From Amoebophrya sp. A120 (taxonomy: Eukaryota; Protista; Dinoflagellata), in assembly GCA_905178155.1 (NCBI GenBank), contig CAJINV010000026.1, positions 168,883 through 202,243 on the forward strand: a stretch of 33,361 nt of DNA, given 5' to 3'. Positions 32,906 through 33,361 of this stretch are shown in pieces. A model generated the notes under the pieces. It searched no databases. It was not told where the DNA came from and saw only the letters and a program-made list of their open reading frames with translations. Both the position numbers and the translations under genes were made by a program. Numbering within the stretch: the first letter of the stretch is position 1; each line of letters opens with the position of its first letter.

Positions 32906-33361
32906 CCCGGGTTCGCGCAAATGTGACCAAGCGCGTAGGCAGGTTCTAGCGCTGCTTTCCTCGCGCCTTGACATAGTGCGCCGAAGTGGATGCGTCCGTC
33001 GCAGTGGTACAAGTGCGACGCTCGACCACTTTCTGTTGGTCACAGGTGCGCACGCAAATTCACAGGGGCCGGGCCCCCAGCAGCGCCACACAGTGCCACA
33101 CCCGCGCCAGAAGCTCACAAAACTTCTCACGCAGCCGCAACCAATCGGAACAACACTCGGCGCTCTCGGTCATGGTGCCCCCGAAGCCCGAAGTCGTGAC
33201 CCAGCTTCGCACCCGCGCTCACTCAGAGCGCGGGCACAGATAAATAAGCTGGCAGGATCGGGGGCTCCTGATCTTACGAGCAAGAGCCCCCAACCTCGTC
33301 CCGGCACCATAGCGAGATCCACGAAAGCGGACTCCCGATCTCGCTGATCTCGTGCCGATCA

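Overview
Eukaryotic genomic DNA with the standard genetic code, probably protist. The architecture resembles the parasitic dinoflagellate Amoebophrya (Syndiniales); this is an inference. The dominant feature is about 45 short elements (mostly 145-350 bp) with terminal inverted repeats (TIRs), from at least nine sequence families. Nearly all begin TAT and end ATA and are flanked by 5-bp direct repeats (TSDs). Forty complete copies lie inside coding sequence. Removing each element plus one TSD copy by hand restores the reading frame at all 40 sites. This rebuilds two long minus-strand genes that the ORF track cannot see, plus a gene fragment (8943-10563). One is a multi-pass membrane protein (>=919 aa, 1-7375). 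The other is a choline-transporter-like SLC44/CTL protein with Cys-rich repeats (>=1007 aa, 23099-32760). Only 1 of the 40 excisions can be placed on GT-AG, and sister elements occur in both orientations relative to transcription. They therefore behave as transposon-derived non-canonical introns (introners), or as DNA-level excised elements. A paralogous copy of the CTL 3' end provides three empty sites. The intergenic middle holds gene fragments, a degenerate dispersed repeat, a (TACTACTCC)n microsatellite, a 4.7-kb two-subfamily 296-bp satellite and a 1.16-kb TAT...ATA element. No transposase, rRNA, tRNA or CRISPR array was recognised.
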